A DNA stretch of 47,972 bases, filler included, from an uncultured bacterium (GTDB lineage Bacteria > CAYSBA01): the NCBI GenBank assembly GCA_964429075.1. It is 18 parts of 18 records of this genome, joined end to end, with 100 filler letters (N's around TTAATTAATTAA, not from the genome) between each part and the next. Parts side by side here need not be neighbours in the genome. Positions count along the whole stretch, not along the records: positions 10,912 to 13,521 come from CAYSBA010000269.1; positions 13,622 to 16,203 come from CAYSBA010000270.1; positions 16,304 to 18,876 come from CAYSBA010000271.1; positions 18,977 to 21,539 come from CAYSBA010000272.1; 14 more parts are not named here. One strand, given 5' to 3'. A program made the translations under genes and the position numbers. Under the pieces are notes generated by a model. It saw nothing but the letters and a program-made list of their open reading frames with translations, did not search any database and had not been told where the DNA came from. Shown piece after piece: positions 10,912 through 20,388 of the stretch (its first letter is position 1; each line of letters opens with the position of its first letter).

Positions 10912-11449
10912 GTACATCAGATGGATAGTGAACACCGATAATTATCCTTGAGGCACCTATTAAAAGTGGAATAATAAGAAGGATAACAGACTCTTTCAAA
11001 GAACTTGTGCTCAATATCAGGATTGAAAAGAATGCCATTGCGTTTGATGCATGAGCAGAGGGTAGAGACCCGGATGTGCTGCAACCATATGAGGCATCTA
11101 TCTTTTTTTGAGTAATGCATGGTCTTTTTCTGTGCACGAGATGTTTGATAACGTTTGAAGAGAGATCAGAAATGCCGAGAGTTAAAAATGCTAAGATAAT
11201 GTAGGCTTTTTTTATTGTTGAAAGTCTTTTCCAGAATAGAATAAAAAAAATCAGACCAAAGATAAACCAGTTTTTATTATAATGCATAAGGCCTGATATC
11301 CTACCAGCAAGACCCTTGCTATAGGAATTAATTTGAAACAGAAGGATGTTATCTGTTTTGTTACTCCAAAGAAGGACGATCGAACATAAAAAAAACATGA
11401 AAGATAAAAGCAACAGAACTATTTTTTTGTTTTTTACAGATTGGGACAT
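10912..11449 (-). CDS. PAP2 family membrane phosphatase, 3'-truncated
   Basis: K..VHRKRP, PSAHA and SR...GVHYPSDV motifs plus transmembrane segments. Confidence 0.9.
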
Positions 11450-11491
11450 ATTACTTTGTTCTAATTCTCTTTTTTTAAAAAATCAAACGGT

Positions 11492-12379
11492 TCAATGGAA
11501 TAGATATCTAACACCACGATCTGGAAAGATTGTAACTATTGTACCTTCTTCTATTTCCTTAGCAATCCTGCATACCGCAGCATAGGCTGCGCCAGAGGAG
11601 TGTCCTGCAAATATGCCTTCTTCTTTTGCAAGTCGGTCAGCATAATCCCATCCTATCTCTGTAGTGATCTGCAATTTACTATCGAGCTCATCTTCATGAT
11701 AGATCTTGGGTACTATTGAGGTAGCCATGTGTTTCATTCCTTCAAGGCCATGAAGAGATTCTGCTGGTTCTACTGCTATAACCTTTATATCCTTGTTATA
11801 CTCTTTAAGTCTCCTGCCAGTACCCATAATTGTCCCACCTGTGCCAATACAGGCAACAAAATGAGTAATTTCGCCTTTCAGCTCTTCCAGTATCTCAACA
11901 GCAGTACCATTGTAGTGTGCTTCCGGGTTGGCAGGGTTGGAATATTGATCAAGATAAAGGTAGCGTTCAGATTCTTCTTTTGCAAGCTTCCTTGCAAGGA
12001 GTATTGCTCCATCAGACCCCTCCATTGGATCTGAAAGTATGATACGTGCACCAAGGAGTCTGATAAGATCTTTTCTCGATTGTGTGACATTGGCTGGCAT
12101 AACAAGGGTTACTTTGAAACCAAGGGCCCTTCCCATAAGGGCAAGAGCGATTGCTGTATTCCCACTCGAGGAATCAAGAATCTCCCTCTCTTTAAGATTA
12201 TATTTTTCTGAAGCACGCATTATCATGTTGAGTGCTGGACGGTCTTTGACACTGCCACCGGGATTCAAGAATTCGAGTTTGGCAAAGGCCCTAATCTTTG
12301 GGTTTATTTTTTCTGGCAGTTGTAGTCTGATTAGAGGGGTGTGCCCGACAAGGTCAACAACCGATTGCACCCGTTTCAT
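11492..12379 (-). CDS. PLP-dependent cysteine synthase family protein (CysM-like)
   Basis: NPGGSVKDR (PLP lysine), SSGNT, DQYSNP and GTGGT motifs. Confidence 0.92.
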   Translation of the reverse strand: MKRVQSVVDLVGHTPLIRLQLPEKINPKIRAFAKLEFLNPGGSVKDRPALNMIMRASEKYNLKEREILDSSSGNTAIALALMGRALGFKVTLVMPANVTQSRKDLIRLLGARIILSDPMEGSDGAILLARKLAKEESERYLYLDQYSNPANPEAHYNGTAVEILEELKGEITHFVACIGTGGTIMGTGRRLKEYNKDIKVIAVEPAESLHGLEGMKHMATSIVPKIYHEDELDSKLQITTEIGWDYADRLAKEEGIFAGHSSGAAYAAVCRIAKEIEEGTIVTIFPDRGVRYLFH

Positions 12380-13199
12380 TGCTTTTTTCCCGAGCAGGCC
12401 CTATCATGCAGAGATCCTCGTAGCCTTCAAGTACAATCTCTTCAGGGTCTTTACTACATGAAGGGCAATCTGGATCTTTTGCAAATTTTAATTCTGTAAA
12501 TTCCATAGAAAGGGTGTCAATCAAAAGCAAACGACCAATAAGTGGAGTACCAATTCCGGTTATGAGTTTTATAACCTCTATAGCCTGAAGACTACCTGCT
12601 ATCCCGGGAAGTACTCCCATAACCCCTGCCTGACTACATGAAGGGACAGTCCCAGGAGGCGGCGGTTCCGGGTAGAGACATCTATAGCATGGCCCTTCAT
12701 AGGCTTTAAAGGTTGTTACCTGTGCCTCAAAACGAAAGATGCTTGCAAAGACAAACGTTTTCTGTAACTTCAAACAGGCGTCGTTCATGAGATATCTTGT
12801 TGGGAAATTGTCTGTCCCATCAACAACAATATCGTATGATCCAATTATATCGAGACAGTTGGAAATATCCATCCTTTCTGTGTAGATTTCAACTTTTACA
12901 TCAGGATTAAGACTTTCTATCCTCTCTTTTGCACTGATTGCCTTGTTTTTGCCTATGTCATCGGTTGTGTGGATAATCTGTCTCTGAAGGTTAGAGATAT
13001 CTACTCTGTCAAAATCTATAATCCCTATACGTCCTACACCGGCTGCAGCCAGGTATAATAGAAGGGGTGAGCCAAGTCCTCCTGCGCCTACTACAAGAAC
13101 AGAAGACTCGAGTAGTTTTGATTGACCAACACCTCCTATCTCTGGCAGGATTATATGTCTTGAATAGCGTTTTATCTGTTCTTCTGTAAAGTCTATCAT
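12354..13199 (-). CDS. moeB: MoeB/ThiF family sulfur-carrier adenylyltransferase
   Basis: RYSRH, GAGGLG, SNLQRQ, DGTDNF, and zinc ligands CYRC and CPSC. No rhodanese domain. Confidence 0.92.
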   Translation of the reverse strand: MIDFTEEQIKRYSRHIILPEIGGVGQSKLLESSVLVVGAGGLGSPLLLYLAAAGVGRIGIIDFDRVDISNLQRQIIHTTDDIGKNKAISAKERIESLNPDVKVEIYTERMDISNCLDIIGSYDIVVDGTDNFPTRYLMNDACLKLQKTFVFASIFRFEAQVTTFKAYEGPCYRCLYPEPPPPGTVPSCSQAGVMGVLPGIAGSLQAIEVIKLITGIGTPLIGRLLLIDTLSMEFTELKFAKDPDCPSCSKDPEEIVLEGYEDLCMIGPAREKSNETGAIGC

Positions 13200-13471
13200 A
13201 AACCCCCCGCAATAGCAGGTATGATTGCTATCGTATCATCTTTATTAATCTTTGTGTTTAGATTTTCCATCTCTTTGATATTTGTGGTACCAATAAAAAT
13301 GTTGATATAGCCTTTTAGATTACCATCATCATCTAAGATCTTGCCCTTTAGCTCAGGATAATAGTCTTGAAGGGTAAAAAGTGCATCTTTTACAGTCGAT
13401 GCCTCTACCTCAACAATTGATTTATTTTCTGTGTATACCCTTAGTGGAGTTGGAATCTTTACCTTTGCCAT
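13196..13471 (-). CDS. MoaD/ThiS family ubiquitin-like sulfur carrier (CysO-like)
   Basis: VKIPTPLR N-terminus and C-terminal IIPAIAGG(L). ATGA overlap with moeB. Confidence 0.92.
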   Translation of the reverse strand: MAKVKIPTPLRVYTENKSIVEVEASTVKDALFTLQDYYPELKGKILDDDGNLKGYINIFIGTTNIKEMENLNTKINKDDTIAIIPAIAGGL

Positions 13472-13641
13472 ACTTACTCCGATTATTTATTAACAAAATT
13501 ATTTTAAAATTAACTAAGCTTNNNNNNNNNNNNNNNNNNNNNNNNNNNNNNNNNNNNNNNNNNNNTTAATTAATTAANNNNNNNNNNNNNNNNNNNNNNN
13601 NNNNNNNNNNNNNNNNNNNNNGTGCAAGCTCAAAGCTTGAT

Positions 13642-13962
13642 ATGGATATAATACTTGCACAGGCTCAAGGCACACCGGGTAGTGGTATATCTTCTATAAT
13701 ACCTCTACTTCTGATGTTTGCAATTGTTTATTTTCTTTTGATCCGTCCAAAATCCAAGGAGATAAAAAGGCATCAGCAGATGCTGAAGGCCCTCAAGGTT
13801 GGCGATCCTGTAGTTACATCAGGTGGTGTAATAGGGAGGATAGTGAAGATGGATGAAAACGAGGTGGTGCTCGATTCTCACGGCTCCAGGATAAGGGTTG
13901 TAAAGAGTTATATAGCTGGTCTATACAATCCAGGGATATCACAAAACAGGGAGGCAAAATGA
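13642..13962 (+). CDS. yajC: Preprotein translocase subunit YajC
   Basis: YFLLIRP and LKVGDPVVTSGG motifs; directly upstream of secD. Confidence 0.95.
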   Translation: MDIILAQAQGTPGSGISSIIPLLLMFAIVYFLLIRPKSKEIKRHQQMLKALKVGDPVVTSGGVIGRIVKMDENEVVLDSHGSRIRVVKSYIAGLYNPGISQNREAK

Positions 13963-15689
13963 GAACAGGCTGGAAAATAAGGCTCTTTGTTTCAATAATA
14001 ATTATTATTGTATCCCTTTTTGTATTTGTTACATCAATAATGCCCCAGAAGAAGCTCCCGGGCTGGGTCAGGGATATGATAAACTGGAGATTGAATCTAG
14101 GTCTGGACCTTCAAGGGGGGATACATCTTGTAATGGGTGTGGATGTAAACAAGGCACTGAAAGATAAAGCTGATGCAATCTCTGAAGAGATGAAGGACTA
14201 TCTGAAACAAAAGGGTGTCAAAGTTATCTCTGCCTCCCGCATTGAAGGTACTGACAGGATCAAGCTTGTTGTAGAAAAGGGAGATTTTGAAAAGACAAAA
14301 GATATCATCAGGCGTGACTATACAAACCTTAAGATCAAAAGCAGAAATAGTGATAGTGGTGAGTTTATCCTTGAATACACAGATAGATACACAAAGTTTG
14401 TAAAAGATAATGCAGTGGATCAGGCCATAAAGACTATCAGAAACAGGGTGGATGAATTTGGAGTATCTGAACCTACTATTTCTCGTTTTGGTGAGTCATC
14501 GATCTTGATACAGCTACCGGGTATGAAGGATCCCGACAGGGCTAAAAGTCTGATAGGTAAAACCGCGCAACTCGAATTCAAGATTGTGGATGATGAAAGC
14601 GATTTTATGGCAAAGCTGGCACAGAATCTCCCTGAAGGTATACAGAGTGAACAGGATGGATATGAGGGTAAGGGTGGTAAGATTGTGAGATATACCTTCT
14701 TGAAATCTAAGGACAAAAAGAAGCTTGAAGAATTTTTGAAGGGGAAGGTGCCTAAGGATCATCAGGTCCTTTTTCAAAAGTACACACAAAAATTACAGAC
14801 ATGGTACAGGACATTTTATCTTTTTAAAAAGACAGCGCTTACCGGTGATTATATAATCGATGCAAATGTACAGATACAGAGGGATAACAACAGACCCTAT
14901 GTCTCTCTTACCTTTAACAGAAAGGGTGCAGAGATATTTGAAAGGGTAACAAAGCAGAATGTAAAAAAGAGGATGGCCATTATACTTGACAATCAGGTAA
15001 TTTCAGCACCGGTCATCCAACAGCGTATAGCTGGTGGGAGGGCACAGATTACCTTAGGTGCGTTGAAATCATATCAGGAGCTGTTACAGGAGGCCAAGGA
15101 TCTTGCACTTGTCCTTCGTGCTGGTGCCCTTCCGGCACCTGTTACCCTTCAGGAGGAGAGGACAGTCGGTCCCACACTTGGTAAGGACTCCATCAGAAAG
15201 GGCATAAAATCTATCATAATAGGTATGGTCCTTGTCGTTGTGTTTATGGCCTTTTATTATAATCTGTCAGGTGTACTGGCAGATATTGCCCTGCTTTTCA
15301 ATATTATAATAACCCTTGCTATAATGGCACTATTTAATGCTACCCTGACCCTGCCTGGTCTTGCAGGAATACTTCTTACTGTTGGTATGGCAGTGGATGC
15401 AAATGTCTTAATCCTTGAGAGAGTCAGGGAGGAGATAAGGAGCAACAAGATGGTGAAGGCTGCAATAGAAAGGGGGTATTCAAAGGCTTTCTGGACCATA
15501 TTTGATGCCAACATTACGACATTTATTGCAGCTCTTGTGCTCATGGAGTATGGATCTGGTCCAATAAAGGGCTTTGCTGTCACTCTTTCCATAGGAATTC
15601 TATCGAGTATGTATACTGCCATTGTTTTGACAAGGCTTGTATATGACTATCTTATCTACAAAAAGGGTATTAAGAGGTTGTTGGTATGA
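13959..15689 (+). CDS. secD: Protein translocase subunit SecD
   Basis: LGLDLQGG, RVDEFGVSEP, VGPTLG, GMAVDANV and IKGFAVTL motifs. Confidence 0.97.
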   Translation: MRTGWKIRLFVSIIIIIVSLFVFVTSIMPQKKLPGWVRDMINWRLNLGLDLQGGIHLVMGVDVNKALKDKADAISEEMKDYLKQKGVKVISASRIEGTDRIKLVVEKGDFEKTKDIIRRDYTNLKIKSRNSDSGEFILEYTDRYTKFVKDNAVDQAIKTIRNRVDEFGVSEPTISRFGESSILIQLPGMKDPDRAKSLIGKTAQLEFKIVDDESDFMAKLAQNLPEGIQSEQDGYEGKGGKIVRYTFLKSKDKKKLEEFLKGKVPKDHQVLFQKYTQKLQTWYRTFYLFKKTALTGDYIIDANVQIQRDNNRPYVSLTFNRKGAEIFERVTKQNVKKRMAIILDNQVISAPVIQQRIAGGRAQITLGALKSYQELLQEAKDLALVLRAGALPAPVTLQEERTVGPTLGKDSIRKGIKSIIIGMVLVVVFMAFYYNLSGVLADIALLFNIIITLAIMALFNATLTLPGLAGILLTVGMAVDANVLILERVREEIRSNKMVKAAIERGYSKAFWTIFDANITTFIAALVLMEYGSGPIKGFAVTLSIGILSSMYTAIVLTRLVYDYLIYKKGIKRLLV

Positions 15690-16203
15690 TAGAGATTATA
15701 AAGCCAGGTACTTCCTATGATTTTATGGGCAAACGAAGGATCTTTGTTGGTCTTTCTGCCCTCTTAGTTTTTATATCCTTTGTGTTTATCTTTGTGCCAG
15801 GTCCTAATTTTGGGATAGACTTTGCAGGTGGTACAAACATTCAGGTAAAATTTTTACAGCCTGTAAAAACCGATGAACTACGCACTCTATTGAAACAAAA
15901 TGGATACAAAGATGTTCAGATTCAGACCTTTGGTGAGGAAAAAGAACATACTTTTTTAATTAGGATCCCGGAGTCATCTTCGTTAAAGCCAGAGGATGAA
16001 AAAAAGATAAAAGAAATAATTTTGTATGCAATTGGGAAGGATAGGGTCAAAGAGTGGAGTTTTGCTCCAGAATCTGGTGATCGGGTGACCTTTGTTACTC
16101 CTACAAAACCGGATATAAATAGTTTAAAAGAGGCCTTAACTAAGGGTGAATATGAGGTTTCTAATATAAAAACCAAACAGACCCAGCAGGGTATATTTGT
16201 TGA
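15686..16203 (+). CDS. secF: Protein translocase subunit SecF, 3'-truncated
   Basis: GIDFAGGT motif; follows secD. Confidence 0.93.
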
Positions 16204-16303
16204 NNNNNNNNNNNNNNNNNNNNNNNNNNNNNNNNNNNNNNNNNNNNTTAATTAATTAANNNNNNNNNNNNNNNNNNNNNNNNNNNNNNNNNNNNNNNNN
16301 NNN

Positions 16304-16486
16304 CCACTGTATCAGGGATTGCAGTTAGTAAGATCTACTGTTATAGAGGGTTCTAAAATGACAGGTAACACTCAAGGAATATTGTTATTGATAGTAACAC
16401 TGGTTGTTAGCAGTATAATTGCAGTACCTCTCTTCAACCTTGCCATAAGGGAGGCAAAAAAGAGTGGTTCCTTCAGGTATTACTGA
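16304..16486 (+). CDS. C-terminal fragment of a probable ABC-2 type permease
   Basis: Manual translation PLYQGLQLVR...[TM]...AIREAKKSGSFRYY*, which resembles ABC-2 permease C-termini. Confidence 0.55.
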   Translation, partial: PLYQGLQLVRSTVIEGSKMTGNTQGILLLIVTLVVSSIIAVPLFNLAIREAKKSGSFRYY

Positions 16487-17600
16487 AAAGAGGATATATA
16501 GGCCCACCTGGGTAGAAATAGATCTTGATGCGTTGAGATTTAATGCCCGTGTAATCAGGTCAAGGGCCTGTGTCAGATATATGATTGCGGTAGTAAAGGC
16601 TGATGCATACGGTCATGGTGCAAAAGAGGTATCACTCGCATTAGAAGATTTAGTGGATATTTTTGGTGTTGCCACTATTGAAGAGGGGATTGAATTAAGA
16701 GAAGCAGGTATTAAGAGGCCGATTTTGATACTCGGTTCGTACTATAATGGGGAACAGGAGGCATTGATTGAATATAGACTTACTCCGGTTGTAGGAAACT
16801 GGGATGCCTTAGACTCTATCAGAAACACAGGTCTTGATGTTCATCTTAAGTTTGATACAGGTATGACAAGGATTGGTTTCGATTTAACAGATGGGGAAAA
16901 ACTTATTGAGGAAATTAAGGGAGCGAATATTCGTGTTATTGGTCTTATGTCTCATTTTGCCAATGCAGATCTTATTGATTTAAGATTCACAGAACTACAG
17001 CTAAAAAGATTTCTAACCATAAAAGATATGTTTGCAAAAAGTGGAATATTCCCCCATTTTATCCACATTGCCAACAGCGCAGCCTCGTTAAAACTCCCTG
17101 GTGCACATTTTAATACCATAAGACCCGGTATTTCTCTTTATGGTTATAGACCTTCAGAAGGCTTTAAGACAGATAAAGACATAAAACTTAAGAGGGTTAT
17201 GAGCTGGAAGAGTTCTATAATTCAGATCAGAAAAGTACCCAGAGATACCCCAATCAGCTATGGGTCGACCTTTGTGACAAAAAGAGCATCAACTATTGGT
17301 GTTGTTTGTGTTGGCTATGCTGATGGATTGAGTCGGCTTTTGTCAAACAGGATCAAATTTCTTGTAAAAAAATACTGGGCACCCGTTGTAGGTAACATCT
17401 GTATGGATCTAACAATGGTCGATCTGACTGATATCCCAGATGTCAGAGTTGGGGATGAAGTAATTCTGATTGGTGAAGATGGTGACAAAAAGGTAACAGC
17501 AGAGGATCATGCAAGGTTGAGTGGCACAATAAGTTATGAAATACTCTGTAGTGTAGGTAAAAGGGTACCAAGAATTTATATAGGTTATCAAAAGAAGTAA
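16464..17600 (+). CDS. alr: Alanine racemase
   Basis: RPTWVEIDL, AVVKADAYGHG, DTGMTRIG, GYADG and GTISYEILC motifs. Confidence 0.97.
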   Translation: MVPSGITEKRIYRPTWVEIDLDALRFNARVIRSRACVRYMIAVVKADAYGHGAKEVSLALEDLVDIFGVATIEEGIELREAGIKRPILILGSYYNGEQEALIEYRLTPVVGNWDALDSIRNTGLDVHLKFDTGMTRIGFDLTDGEKLIEEIKGANIRVIGLMSHFANADLIDLRFTELQLKRFLTIKDMFAKSGIFPHFIHIANSAASLKLPGAHFNTIRPGISLYGYRPSEGFKTDKDIKLKRVMSWKSSIIQIRKVPRDTPISYGSTFVTKRASTIGVVCVGYADGLSRLLSNRIKFLVKKYWAPVVGNICMDLTMVDLTDIPDVRVGDEVILIGEDGDKKVTAEDHARLSGTISYEILCSVGKRVPRIYIGYQKK

Positions 17601-17601
17601 T

Positions 17602-18627
17602 ATGAACATAAAAGTGATAATTCTACTTATTCCTTTATATTTGACATGCTACCCTGTGGTTACATCATCACAACCTGCCAATCTATCCTATACCTACTCC
17701 AGTGTATTAATCTATGGTAAATCAAGACCATATATCGATGTCTTGTCAGATAGTGTCCTGAAAGATATCAGAATATCTTTAAAGAGATCTGATGGACGGA
17801 TATTAAGATTTAGAATAAAGAGCCTGGGGGTTGGCCAGAAAAAACGCATATACTTTCGTCAGCCAGAAGGAGTATTTACTTACCAGATATCAATCTATGC
17901 CATCGATCATGAAGGGAACCACATTGAACTGCACAACAAAATGAGGATTGCAGTTTTAAGACCTCTTGCGCTAAAGATATTGAAGGATTCTGTTGACTTT
18001 GATAAGAGAAGTTGCAGGATTTCTGGTTCACGCAATATAAAAAAGGTGGTGATGTATCTTAAGGATATAAATGGAACCGGGTTTGAACGTACATATGAAT
18101 TCAACCAACCAAAAAGAGAGTTTAAAATAGAGTGGGAAGAGGATACTGTAAAGATTAATTTGAAGGCCTATGATCAGTATGGACTCTGGACAGGTATGGA
18201 GATTGTACCCTGGTGGATGGAGATACCACACAAGGAGGTAGTCTTTGATACAGATAGTGCAGAAATAAGAAAAGATCAGGAATACAAACTTAAGGAGGCT
18301 TTAAAAAGAATATTTGATGCAATTAAAAAGTTTAAATCGATAGGTCCCTTGAGGTTATATGTTGCAGGATATACAGATACAGTAGGCAACAGTGAATATA
18401 ACTTAAAATTATCAAAAATGCGAGCAAAGTCAATAGCGCTTTATTTTAAGAATGCAGGCTTTCCCTATACTATTTTTTATAAAGGACTTGGCGAGATGTA
18501 TCTTAAAGTTAAAACAGAAGATGAAACCCCAGAAGAGAGAAATCGGCGAGTAAGATATATACTTACAAAAGATTTCGAACCAAATGACAAACAACTGCCA
18601 TCTGGTGGATGGTTCCGTCTTAGATAA
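17602..18627 (+). CDS. OmpA-domain (peptidoglycan-binding) protein
   Basis: Signal peptide and C-terminal GYTDTVG..YN..LS..RA and NRRV motifs. Confidence 0.88.
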   Translation: MNIKVIILLIPLYLTCYPVVTSSQPANLSYTYSSVLIYGKSRPYIDVLSDSVLKDIRISLKRSDGRILRFRIKSLGVGQKKRIYFRQPEGVFTYQISIYAIDHEGNHIELHNKMRIAVLRPLALKILKDSVDFDKRSCRISGSRNIKKVVMYLKDINGTGFERTYEFNQPKREFKIEWEEDTVKINLKAYDQYGLWTGMEIVPWWMEIPHKEVVFDTDSAEIRKDQEYKLKEALKRIFDAIKKFKSIGPLRLYVAGYTDTVGNSEYNLKLSKMRAKSIALYFKNAGFPYTIFYKGLGEMYLKVKTEDETPEERNRRVRYILTKDFEPNDKQLPSGGWFRLR

Positions 18628-18629
18628 TC

Positions 18630-18876
18630 ATGTTTGATTTTTATCTACCAAAAAAGTTAGTCAGAAAGAGTTTATCAGTATTCTCTATAAGAATTGCAGG
18701 TATAATGTTACAATACATTTTTATTTTACTAATAGCAAAGACTTTTGGAGCTGCAACTACAGGACTTTATGCATTATCTATAACTATTTTAAATATTTCA
18801 ACTATATTTTCTAAATTGGGTACCGATACCTATTTTTTAAAGGAGATTGCCATTATTAGATCTAAAAAGAGAGATT
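18630..18876 (+). CDS. Polysaccharide flippase (Wzx-like), 3'-truncated
   Basis: N-terminal transmembrane pattern (LIAKTFGA...GLYAL...LGTD). Confidence 0.75.
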
Positions 18877-18976
18877 NNNNNNNNNNNNNNNNNNNNNNNN
18901 NNNNNNNNNNNNNNNNNNNNTTAATTAATTAANNNNNNNNNNNNNNNNNNNNNNNNNNNNNNNNNNNNNNNNNNNN

Positions 18977-19029
18977 CCGCGACCCTCAGCTTGGAAGGCT
19001 GATGCTCTGGCCAATTGAGCTATTCCCGC
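18977..19029 (-). tRNA. tRNA-Gly(TCC), 3'-truncated
   Basis: GCGGGAATAGCTCAATTGGCCAGAGCATCAGCCTTCCAAGCTGA..., anticodon TCC. Confidence 0.93.
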
Positions 19030-19040
19030 TCAAAAAAAGA

Positions 19041-19126
19041 TGGTGGAGGGGGGAGGATTCGAACCTCCGTAGGCGTTAGCCGGCAGGTTTACAGCCTGCT
19101 CCCTTTGGCCACTCGGGCACCCCTCC
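19041..19126 (-). tRNA. tRNA-Tyr(GTA)
   Basis: GGAGGGGTGCCCGAGTGG...CTGTAAA...GGTTCGAATCC...CCA, with a long variable arm. Confidence 0.97.
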
Positions 19127-19154
19127 AGCATTATATTTAAAAGAACCAACCAAA

Positions 19155-19227
19155 AGCCCTCAGTAGGACTCGAACCTACAACCCACGGTTTACAAGACCG
19201 TTGCTCTACCAATTGAGCTATGAGGGC
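19155..19227 (-). tRNA. tRNA-Thr(TGT)
   Basis: GCCCTCATAGCTCAATTGG...CTTGTAA...GGTTCGAGTCC. CCA is not encoded. Thr-Tyr-Gly order matches the tuf-linked tRNA cluster. Confidence 0.96.
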
Positions 19228-19257
19228 CTATAATAACCTTACCATTCAAAAACTGCT

Positions 19258-19286
19258 TTGTTAGATCATAATAAACTTTTTGTCAA
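19258..19286 (-). promoter_or_regulatory. Possible sigma70 promoter of the tRNA operon
   Basis: TTGACA (19286-19281), 17 nt, then TAACAA, about 30 nt upstream of tRNA-Thr. The -10 match is imperfect. Confidence 0.4.
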
Positions 19287-19395
19287 GTTTTATTACCTTT
19301 ATATGAAGCTATACAGGTGTATCTGACATATATAATATTTTTTCAAACTTGACAATAGTTATTATAGGTAATAAGGCATTACAGCTATAATTATA

Positions 19396-20388
19396 GTGGA
19401 GAGGATTATGTTTCCATATGTAAGGATGAGAAGACTTCGTAAGAAGGACTCTTTGCTTGAGATGCTTTCAGAGACATTAGTTCATCCAAAGGATTTGATA
19501 GCTCCTATATTTGTAATCCCTGGCAACGAAAAAAAGGAAGAGATAAAATCCATGCCAGGAGTATATCGCATCTCCCCTGATCTTTGTGCCAAAGAGGCCA
19601 AGGAGCTTTATGATCTTGGTATACGGTCTATAATACTCTTTGGCATACCAGAAAGTAAAGACCCACGTGGCGAGAGTTCTTTAAAAGATGATGGTGTTGT
19701 TCAGGTTGCATTGAAAGAAATCTCAGAAAAAGTGCCAGAGATAACATTGATTACTGATATATGTCTGTGTGAATATACGGATCATGGCCATTGTGGGGTT
19801 CTTGACAATAAGGGAAGAGTCATAAATGATAGTACCCTTGAAATACTTGCAAAACAGGCGATTTCCCATGCAAAATATGGTGCAGATATCGTTGCGCCAT
19901 CTGGTATGATGGATGGGATGGTTTTTGCAATTAGAGAGGCCCTTGATGAAGAGGGTTACGAAGATGTTGGTATTATGTCCTATAGTGCCAAGTTCTTTTC
20001 TTCATTTTATGGCCCCTTTAGAGATGCTGCTGAATCGAGCCCATCTTTCGGTGATAGAAGGAATTATCAGATGAATTTTAGAAACCCCAGGGAGGCCTTA
20101 AGAGAGGTAGAGCTTGATGTTGTTGAAAACGCCGATATAGTTATGGTAAAGCCAGCACTTTCATACCTTGATATTATTTATAGGGTCAGTCAGCAATTCG
20201 AGCTGCCAGTTGCAGCATACAATGTAAGCGGTGAGTATTCAATGATAAAATTTGCTGCCAAAGAGGGTCTAATAGATGGTAAAAAAGCTATGGTAGAGGT
20301 CCTTACTGCGATAAAACGTGCAGGTGCAGATCTTATAATTACATACTTTGCAAAAGAGTATGCAAAATTTTACAGGGAGTCTCAATGA
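19396..20388 (+). CDS. hemB: Porphobilinogen synthase
   Basis: RMRRLR, zinc motif DICLCEYTDHGHCG, MVKPA and AYNVSGEY. Confidence 0.98.
   Translation: MERIMFPYVRMRRLRKKDSLLEMLSETLVHPKDLIAPIFVIPGNEKKEEIKSMPGVYRISPDLCAKEAKELYDLGIRSIILFGIPESKDPRGESSLKDDGVVQVALKEISEKVPEITLITDICLCEYTDHGHCGVLDNKGRVINDSTLEILAKQAISHAKYGADIVAPSGMMDGMVFAIREALDEEGYEDVGIMSYSAKFFSSFYGPFRDAAESSPSFGDRRNYQMNFRNPREALREVELDVVENADIVMVKPALSYLDIIYRVSQQFELPVAAYNVSGEYSMIKFAAKEGLIDGKKAMVEVLTAIKRAGADLIITYFAKEYAKFYRESQ

Noticed and set aside
11492..13471. E1-like plus ubiquitin-like genes as a CBASS/Bil-type antiphage conjugation system
   Set aside because: No E2, nucleotidyltransferase or effector gene is present. The partner is a cysteine synthase, which indicates sulfur transfer.
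19030..19212. 60-aa ORF on the minus strand
   Set aside because: It overlaps tRNA-Thr and tRNA-Tyr, so it is spurious.
19349..19377. TTGACA upstream of hemB as a promoter
   Set aside because: There is no acceptable -10 hexamer at 16-18 nt spacing.
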